From contig CAKSXE010000002.1 in NCBI GenBank assembly GCA_934514285.1, positions 18,804-82,803 on the forward strand: a stretch of DNA of 64,000 nt, in the 5' to 3' direction. This stretch comes from an uncultured Faecalibacterium sp. Lineage in GTDB: Bacteria > Bacillota > Clostridia > Oscillospirales > Ruminococcaceae. The notes below the pieces were generated by a model. That model did no database searches. It worked only from the letters and a program-made list of their open reading frames with translations, and was not told the DNA's origin. The position numbers and the translations under genes were made by a program. Positions 26,971 through 34,949 of the stretch are shown piece after piece; position 1 is the stretch's first letter, and each line of letters starts with the position of its first letter.

Positions 26971-27065
26971 TTGTCTCACCCCCTTCCCAATAAAATGGGC
27001 GGGCAAGGCCGCAAAACAAGTATACCATAAACTTCGCCAAAAAGATACAGGAAGCGATGCGGAAT

Positions 27066-27506
27066 GCAAAAGCCTCTCCCCTTGGGAGAGGTGTCACCGA
27101 AGGTGACGGAGAGGGCAGGCCCGGCACGAAAGAGCCGCTGCACAGCGATAAGCAGGCTCTTTGTCAGAGCGATACTATCGCTGGGCTTTCGCTTCTCCGT
27201 CAGCATCCTTGCCCTCTCAGTCGGGCTTGCGCCCGCTAGCTCTCCCAAAGGGAGAGCCTTTGGCATGTCGGTCAGGCTTCCACTGGACGAGCAAAGCACG
27301 ATGTCTCGGAAACAGTAGTGCTCCGCTGTCTAGGCTCACGGCAGCTTGACAAGGCGCGCTTGTCCAGAAGCTGCTGCCCTCTGTAGCAAGGCCCGCCCTT
27401 TTGCGCCATATCGGGCCATAGGCAGGCAGTAGGAAGTGGCCCGGCCTGCCAAGGGCTCCCCCTTTGGGGGAGCTGGCGAACGAAGTGAGACTGAGAGGGC
27501 AACCCC
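27066..27506. repeat. long mosaic repeat E2 (inverted M3 module plus an R1-like end)
   Basis: Contains the inverted ~200-bp homolog of E1 and the R1-like end ccaagggctccccctttgggggagctggcgaacgaagtgagactgagaggg. Confidence 0.75.
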
Positions 27507-27631
27507 ATAAGTACGACTTATGACGAAAATATGAATAAAAACTTAAAAAAACTCTACCGTTCCCGGTTCCGGTCTGCTATAATTTTTTATGCTTGTTACA
27601 AAACCTGAAGTGAAGTAAAGGAGCCAGGAAT

Positions 27632-29026
27632 ATGATAAAAAGCGCTGAACTGGAAAATTCGGCATACGAGTTTGAGGCGAAAATGCCGCTGCGCCACGCG
27701 GTCCCGCTGGGCCTGCAGCACGTGTTCGCCATGTTCGTGGGCAACCTCACCCCGCTGCTCATCATCACCAGCGCCTGCGGCCTCGCGGGCGGTGAGTTCG
27801 CAGACCTGCAGGTGAGCCTGCTGCAGAACGCCATGTTCGTGGCGGGCATCGTCACGCTGGTGCAGCTGTACGGCCTCGGCCCTGTGGGCGGCAAAGTGCC
27901 CATCATCATGGGTACCAGCTCGGGCTTCCTGGGCGTCTTCAACAGCGTTGCCGCCACCATGGGCGGCGGCGTCACGGCCTACGGTGCCATGATGGGCGCG
28001 TCCATTCTGGGCGGCCTGTTCGAGAGCGTGCTGGGCGTCTTCCTGAAGCCCCTGCGCAAGCTGTTCCCGCCGGTGGTCACCGGCACGGTGGTGCTGTCCA
28101 TCGGTCTGTCCCTCATCTCCGTGGGCGTCAACTCCTTCGGCGGCGGCAACGCAGCCAAGGACTTCGGCTCGGTGGAGAACCTGCTGCTGGCCGTCTTCGT
28201 GCTGGTGGTCATCCTCTTCTTCAAGCACTGGACCAAGGGCTTCCTCAGCTCTTCCTCCATCCTCGTGGGCATCATCGCGGGCTATCTGGCAGCCATCGTC
28301 ATGGGCTTCGTCCTGCCCACCACCGGCGTCACCGCCGACGGCGTGGAGTTCACCAAGGCATGGGTGCTGAACTGGAACAAGGTCGCTGAGGCCAGCTGGT
28401 TCGCCATCCCGAAGCTGGTGCCGGTCAAGATCGTCTTCGACCTCCGCGCCATCCTGCCCGTCATGATCATGTTCATCGTCACCGCCGTGGAGACGGTGGG
28501 CGACATCTCCGGCGTCATGGAGGGCGGCATGGGCCGCGAGGCCACCGATAAGGAGCTGAGCGGCGGCATCATCTGCGACGGCCTCGGCTCCACCGTCGCC
28601 GCCTGCTTCGGCGTCCTGCCCAACACCTCCTTCAGCCAGAACGTGGGCCTCGTGGCCATGACCAAGGTGGTCAACCGGGGCGCACTGGCCACCGGCGCCA
28701 TCTTCCTGATGCTCTGCGGCCTCATCCCCAAGCTGGGCGCACTCATCTCCATCATGCCGCAGGCCGTTCTGGGCGGCGCTGCCGTCATGATGTTCTCCTC
28801 CATCGTGGTGTCGGGCATCCAGCTCATCACCAAGGAGAAGATGACTCCCCGCACCCTGACCATCGTCTCTGTGGCGCTGGGCGTGGGCTACGGCATGGGT
28901 GCAAACGCCAAGATCCTCGCCAACACCCCCCAGTTCGTCCAGCTCATCTGCGGTGAGAGCGGCATCGTGCCGGCTGCCTTCGTGGCCATCCTGCTCAACT
29001 GCCTGCTGCCCCGCGATGAGAAGTAA
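27632..29026 (+). CDS. nucleobase:cation symporter-2 (NCS2) family permease (uracil/xanthine-type)
   Basis: Multi-TM protein with NCS2 signature regions (GTSSGFLGV, NVGLVAMTKV). Confidence 0.75.
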   Translation: MIKSAELENSAYEFEAKMPLRHAVPLGLQHVFAMFVGNLTPLLIITSACGLAGGEFADLQVSLLQNAMFVAGIVTLVQLYGLGPVGGKVPIIMGTSSGFLGVFNSVAATMGGGVTAYGAMMGASILGGLFESVLGVFLKPLRKLFPPVVTGTVVLSIGLSLISVGVNSFGGGNAAKDFGSVENLLLAVFVLVVILFFKHWTKGFLSSSSILVGIIAGYLAAIVMGFVLPTTGVTADGVEFTKAWVLNWNKVAEASWFAIPKLVPVKIVFDLRAILPVMIMFIVTAVETVGDISGVMEGGMGREATDKELSGGIICDGLGSTVAACFGVLPNTSFSQNVGLVAMTKVVNRGALATGAIFLMLCGLIPKLGALISIMPQAVLGGAAVMMFSSIVVSGIQLITKEKMTPRTLTIVSVALGVGYGMGANAKILANTPQFVQLICGESGIVPAAFVAILLNCLLPRDEK

Positions 29027-29043
29027 GCGTTGAACCCCTTTGG

Positions 29044-29072
29044 CCTCCCTGTCTTTGCAGGGAGGTCTTTTT
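29044..29072 (+). terminator. rho-independent terminator
   Basis: cctccctgtctttgcagggagg + tcttttt. Confidence 0.7.
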
Positions 29073-29114
29073 GTGCTATAATCATCCCAGTCTGAAAGAG
29101 GGAAGGAGGACTCC

Positions 29115-29870
29115 ATGGAACTGCAACCTGCCGCCCGCTATCGTCTTCTGGACGAGCTGCGGGGACTCGACCTCATCAGCATGATGCTCTACCACGGGAT
29201 GTGGGACGTGGTGTTCCTCTTCGGCGTGGCCCAGAAGTGGTACACCGGACGCCCGGGCTTTGTGTGGCAGCAGAGCATCTGCTGGGTCTTTATCCTGCTC
29301 TCGGGCTTCTGCCTGCCGCTGGGGCATCACCCGTTCCGGCGGGGAGCCGTCGTCTTGGGGGCGGGGGCGCTGGTCACAGCCGTCACCCTGCTCTTCCTGC
29401 CCGAGGACGTGGTGTGGTTCGGGGTGCTGACCCTGCTGGGCTCGTCCATGCTCCTCACCGCCGCGCTGGACCCCCTGTTTCGCCGCGTCCCGCCCGCCGT
29501 GGGCATGGCCCTCAGCGCCCTCCTGTTCTGGGTGACCTACCCCACGATGAACGGCTTCTGGAACCTGCCGGGCGGGCGTCTGGCCCTGCCGCAGGCCCTC
29601 TACGCCAGCTACACCACGGCCTACTTCGGCTTCATGCCGAAGAGCTTTTTCTCCACCGACTATTTCCCGCTGCTGCCCTGGCTCTTTCTGTTCTGGGCGG
29701 GGTACTTCCTCCACCGCCTCCTGGGCCGCGGACGCCTCGCGCCGCTGCGCAGGTCGGTCTGCCCGCCGCTGGGCTGGATGGGCCGTCACTCGCTGGTGCT
29801 CTATCTGCTCCATCAGCCGGTCATTCTGGGGGTGCTGACGGTGGCGTTCCGGCTGGTGAGAGCGGGGTAA
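29115..29870 (+). CDS. DUF1624 / acyltransferase-3-like membrane protein
   Basis: Polytopic membrane protein; N-terminus LDELRGLDLISMMLYHG is typical of DUF1624/HGSNAT-like proteins. Confidence 0.5.
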   Translation: MELQPAARYRLLDELRGLDLISMMLYHGMWDVVFLFGVAQKWYTGRPGFVWQQSICWVFILLSGFCLPLGHHPFRRGAVVLGAGALVTAVTLLFLPEDVVWFGVLTLLGSSMLLTAALDPLFRRVPPAVGMALSALLFWVTYPTMNGFWNLPGGRLALPQALYASYTTAYFGFMPKSFFSTDYFPLLPWLFLFWAGYFLHRLLGRGRLAPLRRSVCPPLGWMGRHSLVLYLLHQPVILGVLTVAFRLVRAG

Positions 29871-30048
29871 GATTTCCGGAAAAGTTAGCCTCTGCGACCG
29901 CTTGACAAAGGAGCGGCGCTGTGGTATCCTGTGGATGGTTAGAGGAATCTAACTAAAGAGATGCGTCTGAGCCTGCTTCCGACGCATTTTTATGGAGTAA
30001 AAAGTTAGAAATGGCTAACCCAATAAATCAAAAGTGAGGCTGAACATT

Positions 30049-30471
30049 ATGAGCAAAGTAGCAATCGTATTCTGGAGCGCGACCGGCAACACCGAGACCA
30101 TGGCAAACTGCATCGCGGAGGGTGCAGGCGCTGCCGCCGCCATCGTCCCCTGCGCCGAGATGGACGCAGCAAAGCTGGGCGAGTATGACGTGGTGGCCTT
30201 CGGCTGCCCGGCCATGGGCGCCGAGCAGCTGGAGGAGAGCGAGTTCGAGCCGATGTTCGCGGGCCTCGAAGGCTCTCTGAACGGCAAGAAGGTGGCTCTG
30301 TTCGGCTCCTACGGCTGGGGCGACGGCCAGTGGATGCGCGACTGGTGCGAGCGCGCCAAAGAGGACGGCGCACAGCTGTTCAGCGACGAGGGCCTCATCT
30401 GCAACGAGACGCCCGACGACGACGTTCAGGCTGCCTGCCGCAAGCTGGGCGCTGATCTGGCCAACTGGTAA
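30049..30471 (+). CDS. short-chain flavodoxin
   Basis: MSKVAIVFWSATGNTE FMN-binding loop; ~140 aa. Confidence 0.8.
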   Translation: MSKVAIVFWSATGNTETMANCIAEGAGAAAAIVPCAEMDAAKLGEYDVVAFGCPAMGAEQLEESEFEPMFAGLEGSLNGKKVALFGSYGWGDGQWMRDWCERAKEDGAQLFSDEGLICNETPDDDVQAACRKLGADLANW

Positions 30472-30543
30472 AAAATAACACCGGCCCATCCTGCATCATC
30501 CCGCGTCTTTGGGGCAACCTAGGGACAAAGAGGTGATGAATGA

Positions 30544-30702
30544 ATGGAAAACACAGGTGTCCGCTGTGATGTCTGCGAGTGCCGCCACAACGTGGGGAGC
30601 TGCAAGTGTGACTTGCCCGAGATCACGGTGACGGAGCGCTGCACCTGCTCTTCTCAGCAGGTGGACATCCCGCACTACTGCCAGAGCTACGAGAAGAAGT
30701 AA
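30544..30702 (+). CDS. DUF1540 small cysteine-rich protein
   Basis: Own translation MENTGVRCDVCECRHNVGSCKCDLPEITVTERCTCSSQQVDIPHYCQSYEKK; DUF1540 CxxCxC...CxC pattern. Confidence 0.5.
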   Translation: MENTGVRCDVCECRHNVGSCKCDLPEITVTERCTCSSQQVDIPHYCQSYEKK

Positions 30703-30714
30703 GTTCTGCACAGC

Positions 30715-30766
30715 AAAAAAGACCTCTGCCCGACGGACTTGCCGGGCAGGGGTCTTTTGCTGTCTG
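30715..30766. terminator. bidirectional terminator between DUF1540 and the minus-strand HAD gene
   Basis: aaaaaagacctctgcccgacggacttgccgggcaggggtctttt. Confidence 0.7.
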
Positions 30767-30770
30767 TACT

Positions 30771-31382
30771 TTAATGAAGGCTGACGCCGAAGGTGGGCAG
30801 GCTGCGCAGCAGAGTGCCCACGCCGTGCATCTCGTAGATGCCGAAGCCCAGAGCGCTGGCGGGTACGAGGTTTTCGGCCCGGTCGTCGATGAAGATGGAC
30901 TCATCGGCCCGGAGATGGTACTTGTCCAGCAGGGTCTGATAGATGCGGGGGTCGGGCTTGTTGATCTTCACTTCGCAGGAGGCCACGCCGCCGTCGAAAA
31001 GGCCCTCGAAGTCCCGGTGCATCAGCAGGTCCAGCACGTCCTCGGGGATGTTGCTCAGGTAGTAGACGCAGTAGCCGCGATGCTTGAGCTGCTCCACCAG
31101 CGTCTGCATCCGGCGGCGGGGGTGGAGCATACTCATCCAGTCGTCCAGCACGCCCTCCACCTCGAAGCCCCGGCCCACGGCCTTGGCCCGCTCGAGCATC
31201 CGCTCGTTGGCCTCCCGGCGGGTGATGCGGCCCGCGTCCAGCAGCCGCCATTCCCGGCTGCCGAAGGTCAGGTCGTAGACCTCCTCTTCCAGCTCCCGGT
31301 TCCCGAACAGGTCGACGAGGTACTTGTGGGGGTCGAAATCCACCATGACGCCGCCGAAGTCGAACACGATATTTTTATACAT
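30771..31382 (-). CDS. HAD-superfamily hydrolase
   Basis: N-terminal FDFGGVM (DxG motif I); 203 aa. Confidence 0.7.
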   Translation of the reverse strand: MYKNIVFDFGGVMVDFDPHKYLVDLFGNRELEEEVYDLTFGSREWRLLDAGRITRREANERMLERAKAVGRGFEVEGVLDDWMSMLHPRRRMQTLVEQLKHRGYCVYYLSNIPEDVLDLLMHRDFEGLFDGGVASCEVKINKPDPRIYQTLLDKYHLRADESIFIDDRAENLVPASALGFGIYEMHGVGTLLRSLPTFGVSLH

Positions 31383-31608
31383 CGATGATACCTCTTAAAA
31401 ATAGTTGTAGCAATTCAACTTTTCAATGCAACAGCAACATCGTTGAATTGCATATCGCAGAGATGCTGTTATCCTGTTGCGTTATTTTCTTGACTTGCGA
31501 TTGAATGTCCCTGCGCCCAGTATAGCACATCCGGGGCAGTATTTTCCAGCCCTTTTGCATCGTCCGGCCCGCCCCGGCATAGGATGGGACTGTAAGGGGG
31601 CGGGGGAG

Positions 31609-31902
31609 ATGACCTTTCGGGAGCTGTGCAGCAAGGAAGTCGTCCAGCTGAAGGACGGGGCCTGCCTTGGCCGGGTGGACGATGTGGAGCTGGACGCCGA
31701 CACGGCCCGCATCGGGAGTTTGCTTCTGCTGGGGCGGCCCCGGCTCTTCGGGCTGCTGGGCCGGGACGAGACCCTGACCATCCCCTGGGCCGACATCGAG
31801 CGCATCGGTCTGGACGCCATCCTCGTGCGGACGGACATCCCCGCCCCGCCGCCCTCTCGCGGGGGACTGCTGGATAAACTGCATCAGTGGCTGAACGGAT
31901 GA
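31609..31902 (+). CDS. YlmC/YmxH family sporulation protein (PRC-barrel)
   Basis: MTFRELCSKEVVQLKDGACLGRVDDVELDADTARIGSLLL pattern. Confidence 0.6.
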   Translation: MTFRELCSKEVVQLKDGACLGRVDDVELDADTARIGSLLLLGRPRLFGLLGRDETLTIPWADIERIGLDAILVRTDIPAPPPSRGGLLDKLHQWLNG

Positions 31903-32029
31903 AAGATTTTCACCCGTTTTTTGCCCGTCAGGGCTGGATTTTGGAGGCGGGATGATTATAATAGAGGACTGGGGCGGAGTCTGCCGCCTCAAATGACAAG
32001 AAAAACGCAGAAGTGAAAGGAACTTCTTT

Positions 32030-33976
32030 ATGACACACCATCCGAGTGCTGCGTCCCTCCGGCTGCACGGGGCGCGGCTGCTGTTTCCGCCTGCGGCCAC
32101 CCTTCTGTTTCTGGTGCTCACCGAGTACATCGCCCGCGGCACCCTGAGCGAAGATACCTTCGTGCAGTACGTCTTTCCCCACCCAGAAGCCTACCTGCTG
32201 GCGTGGGGGCTGCTCTTCCTCGTCTGGATGGCGGTGGACTGGCTCACCCGCTTCGCCCCGCTGGCCACCCTCCTGTCGGCCCTGCTGGGCTGTCTGCCCG
32301 CCACGGTGGACTTTTACATCCTGCAGCTCCGGGGCGAGCCCTTCCTCCCGTGGGACTTGATGCAGGTGTCCGAGGCGGCAGGCGTGGCCTCCGCGGCGGG
32401 CATCCACGTCCAGAAGAGCATGGTCGTCTCCGGCGTCGTGGTGCTGGCTCTGACCGTCGGCTCCTTCTTCCTCTACCGGGGCCGTCAGAAGCTGCCCTGG
32501 GTGCAGCGTCTGGCGGGCTTCGCGGCCAGCACAGCGGCCACCTGCGCCCTCATCTTCGGGGTGTTTTTGCAGCCTGCCGTCACCCAGTCGCTGGGCATCC
32601 TGCCCGACGCATGGATGCAGGACCGCTACTATCGCTATTACGGCGTCATCACCAGCTTCCTCACCAACCTGACCAATCTGGAAATAGACAAGCCCGAGGA
32701 TTACTCGGAAGAGGCCGTCAACGCCATCCTCGACAATGTGGAGGCGGGGGAGAAGTACACCACCAGCCCGGCCTACCCCGGCTCCTACGCCGCCCAGACC
32801 CCGGCAGACGAGCAGGTGAAGCAGCCCACCATCCTCTATGTGATGGACGAGTCCTACTGGGACGTCTCGGAGCTGGAACAGTACGGCTTCCAGTTCGACA
32901 CCGACGTCTCTGCCAACCTCCACGCGCTGCAGCAGACCAGCGCCTCCGGCCGGGTCTACAGCCCCAGCTTCGGCGGCGGCACCTGTGACGTGGAGTTCGA
33001 GGCCCTGACGGGCTACTCGGTGTCCTATCTGCCCAGCGGCAGCAAGCCCTACCAGCAGCATGTGACGAAACCCATGTTCGCCCTGCCCAGCTACCTCAAG
33101 ACCGAAGGGTATCAGACGGCGGCGGTCCACTGCTTCTGGGCCAAGTATTGGAGCCGCGACACGGCATACCCCAACCTCGGCCTCGACGACTTCATCAGCC
33201 TCGAGAAGATGCACGGCGTCCAGAAGGTGCGCCGCCACTACTGGACCACCGGCCTCGTCACCGACGACTCCATGGCCGACCAGATCATCGGCCAGTACGA
33301 GACCATGAAGGCGAAGTCCGACGCCCCCGTCTTCCTCCACGCCGTCACCATGCAGAACCATACCAATTATAATAAGGACAACTACCCCGACGACCAGCGG
33401 GTGAAGGTCACCGAAGCCCCGGCGGGCCTCAAGGCCAGCACCGTGGGTGCGCTGGAAGACTTTGCCACCGGCATCCGGGACGCCGACGCCATGCTGGGCA
33501 GGCTGACGGACTACTTCTCCCAGGTGGACGAGCCGGTCATCCTCGTGTTCTGGGGCGACCACTACAACCCCATCGATTCCAATTACGACATCTACACCCG
33601 CAGCGGCTACGCCAGCGGCTCCAGCGCCGACCCCCGCCTCCATCAGACCACCCTGCTCATCTGGTCCAACTACTCCGACCGGGCCGTGGACCTCGGCACC
33701 ATCGCCGCCTACGACATCTCGCCGGTGATGATGGAGCTGTTCGGCCTGCGTCAGCCCGCCTACTTCCAGTTCCTTGGCCGTCAGCTCCGGGCCGCCTACC
33801 GGGCCAACACCCGCGGCACCATTCTGGAGAAGGACGGCACCGCCTCGAACGAGCTGACCCCCCTGCAGCAGAAGTGGAGCGATGAGCACTGGCTGCTTCA
33901 GTACGACCTCATGTTCGGCAAAGGCTACGCCCTGAGCCGGATGGGCCTCGAGAGCATCGCCGAGGGCGCGGATTGA
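32030..33976 (+). CDS. LTA synthase family protein (sulfatase-domain phosphoglycerol transferase, LtaS-like)
   Basis: Five N-terminal TM helices, then an extracellular alkaline-phosphatase/sulfatase-like domain. Confidence 0.7.
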   Translation: MTHHPSAASLRLHGARLLFPPAATLLFLVLTEYIARGTLSEDTFVQYVFPHPEAYLLAWGLLFLVWMAVDWLTRFAPLATLLSALLGCLPATVDFYILQLRGEPFLPWDLMQVSEAAGVASAAGIHVQKSMVVSGVVVLALTVGSFFLYRGRQKLPWVQRLAGFAASTAATCALIFGVFLQPAVTQSLGILPDAWMQDRYYRYYGVITSFLTNLTNLEIDKPEDYSEEAVNAILDNVEAGEKYTTSPAYPGSYAAQTPADEQVKQPTILYVMDESYWDVSELEQYGFQFDTDVSANLHALQQTSASGRVYSPSFGGGTCDVEFEALTGYSVSYLPSGSKPYQQHVTKPMFALPSYLKTEGYQTAAVHCFWAKYWSRDTAYPNLGLDDFISLEKMHGVQKVRRHYWTTGLVTDDSMADQIIGQYETMKAKSDAPVFLHAVTMQNHTNYNKDNYPDDQRVKVTEAPAGLKASTVGALEDFATGIRDADAMLGRLTDYFSQVDEPVILVFWGDHYNPIDSNYDIYTRSGYASGSSADPRLHQTTLLIWSNYSDRAVDLGTIAAYDISPVMMELFGLRQPAYFQFLGRQLRAAYRANTRGTILEKDGTASNELTPLQQKWSDEHWLLQYDLMFGKGYALSRMGLESIAEGAD

Positions 33977-34176
33977 CGAAAACCTACGATTCTTTTTAGA
34001 AAAAAGCAGGAAAACCCCTTGCAACGGCCAGAGGTTTGTGCTATTATTACTTAGCATTACACACGCATCACTATGCCCTTTTGTGCCCGAGAGGGTGGAG
34101 GGCAGTCCGCAGACATCCGATATGTCGGCAGATCACGGTGTGCGGAGGCAAAACAAATTTTGGAGGTAATTTTACT

Positions 34177-34899
34177 ATGGCAGTCGTTTCTATGAAGCAG
34201 CTTCTCGAGGCAGGCGTTCACTTTGGTCACCAGACCCGCCGCTGGAACCCCAAGATGGCGAAGTATATCTTCACCGAGCGCAACGGCATCTATATCATCG
34301 ACCTGCAGAAGACCGTCAAGAAGCTGGACGAGGCTTACAACTACGTGAAGGAAGTTGCAGCTGAGGGCGGCGACATCCTGTTCGTCGGCACCAAGAAGCA
34401 GGCTCAGGAGTCCATCCGTGACGAGGCTCTGCGCTGCGGTATGCACTACGTCAACGCTCGCTGGCTGGGCGGTATGCTGACCAACTTCCGCACCATCCGC
34501 AAGCGCATCGACCGTATGGCTCAGCTGCAGAACATGAAGGACAACGGCACCTTCGAGCTGCTGCCCAAGAAGGAAGTGGCTAAGCTGGAGCTGGAGATGG
34601 AGAAGCTGGACAAGTACCTGGGCGGCGTCAAGAACATGAAGACCCTGCCGAAGGCTATGTTCATCGTCGATCCTCACAAGGAGCGCATCGCTGTTGCTGA
34701 GGCCCGCAAGCTGAACATCCCCATCGTTGCTATCGTTGATACCAACTGCAACCCCGACGAGATCGACTACGTGATCCCCGGCAACGACGACGCGATCCGC
34801 GCTGTCAAGCTGATCGCTGGCGCTATGGCTGACGCTGTGCTGGAAGGCAAGCAGGGCAACCAGGAGGCCGCTCCCGCTGAGGACGCAGCAAACGCCTGA
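34177..34899 (+). CDS. rpsB: 30S ribosomal protein S2
   Basis: [27 protein letters not shown]. Confidence 0.9.
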   Translation: MAVVSMKQLLEAGVHFGHQTRRWNPKMAKYIFTERNGIYIIDLQKTVKKLDEAYNYVKEVAAEGGDILFVGTKKQAQESIRDEALRCGMHYVNARWLGGMLTNFRTIRKRIDRMAQLQNMKDNGTFELLPKKEVAKLELEMEKLDKYLGGVKNMKTLPKAMFIVDPHKERIAVAEARKLNIPIVAIVDTNCNPDEIDYVIPGNDDAIRAVKLIAGAMADAVLEGKQGNQEAAPAEDAANA

Positions 34900-34949
34900 T
34901 TTCCCAATTCTCACAAACCAACAAATACTGTGTAAGGGAGAATACCAAA

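Noticed and set aside
27507-27631. Looked for a purine or PyrR-type riboswitch or attenuator upstream of the NCS2 permease
   Set aside because: The leader is AT-rich but I could not recognise the purine-riboswitch junction motifs or a PyrR binding loop. No claim made.
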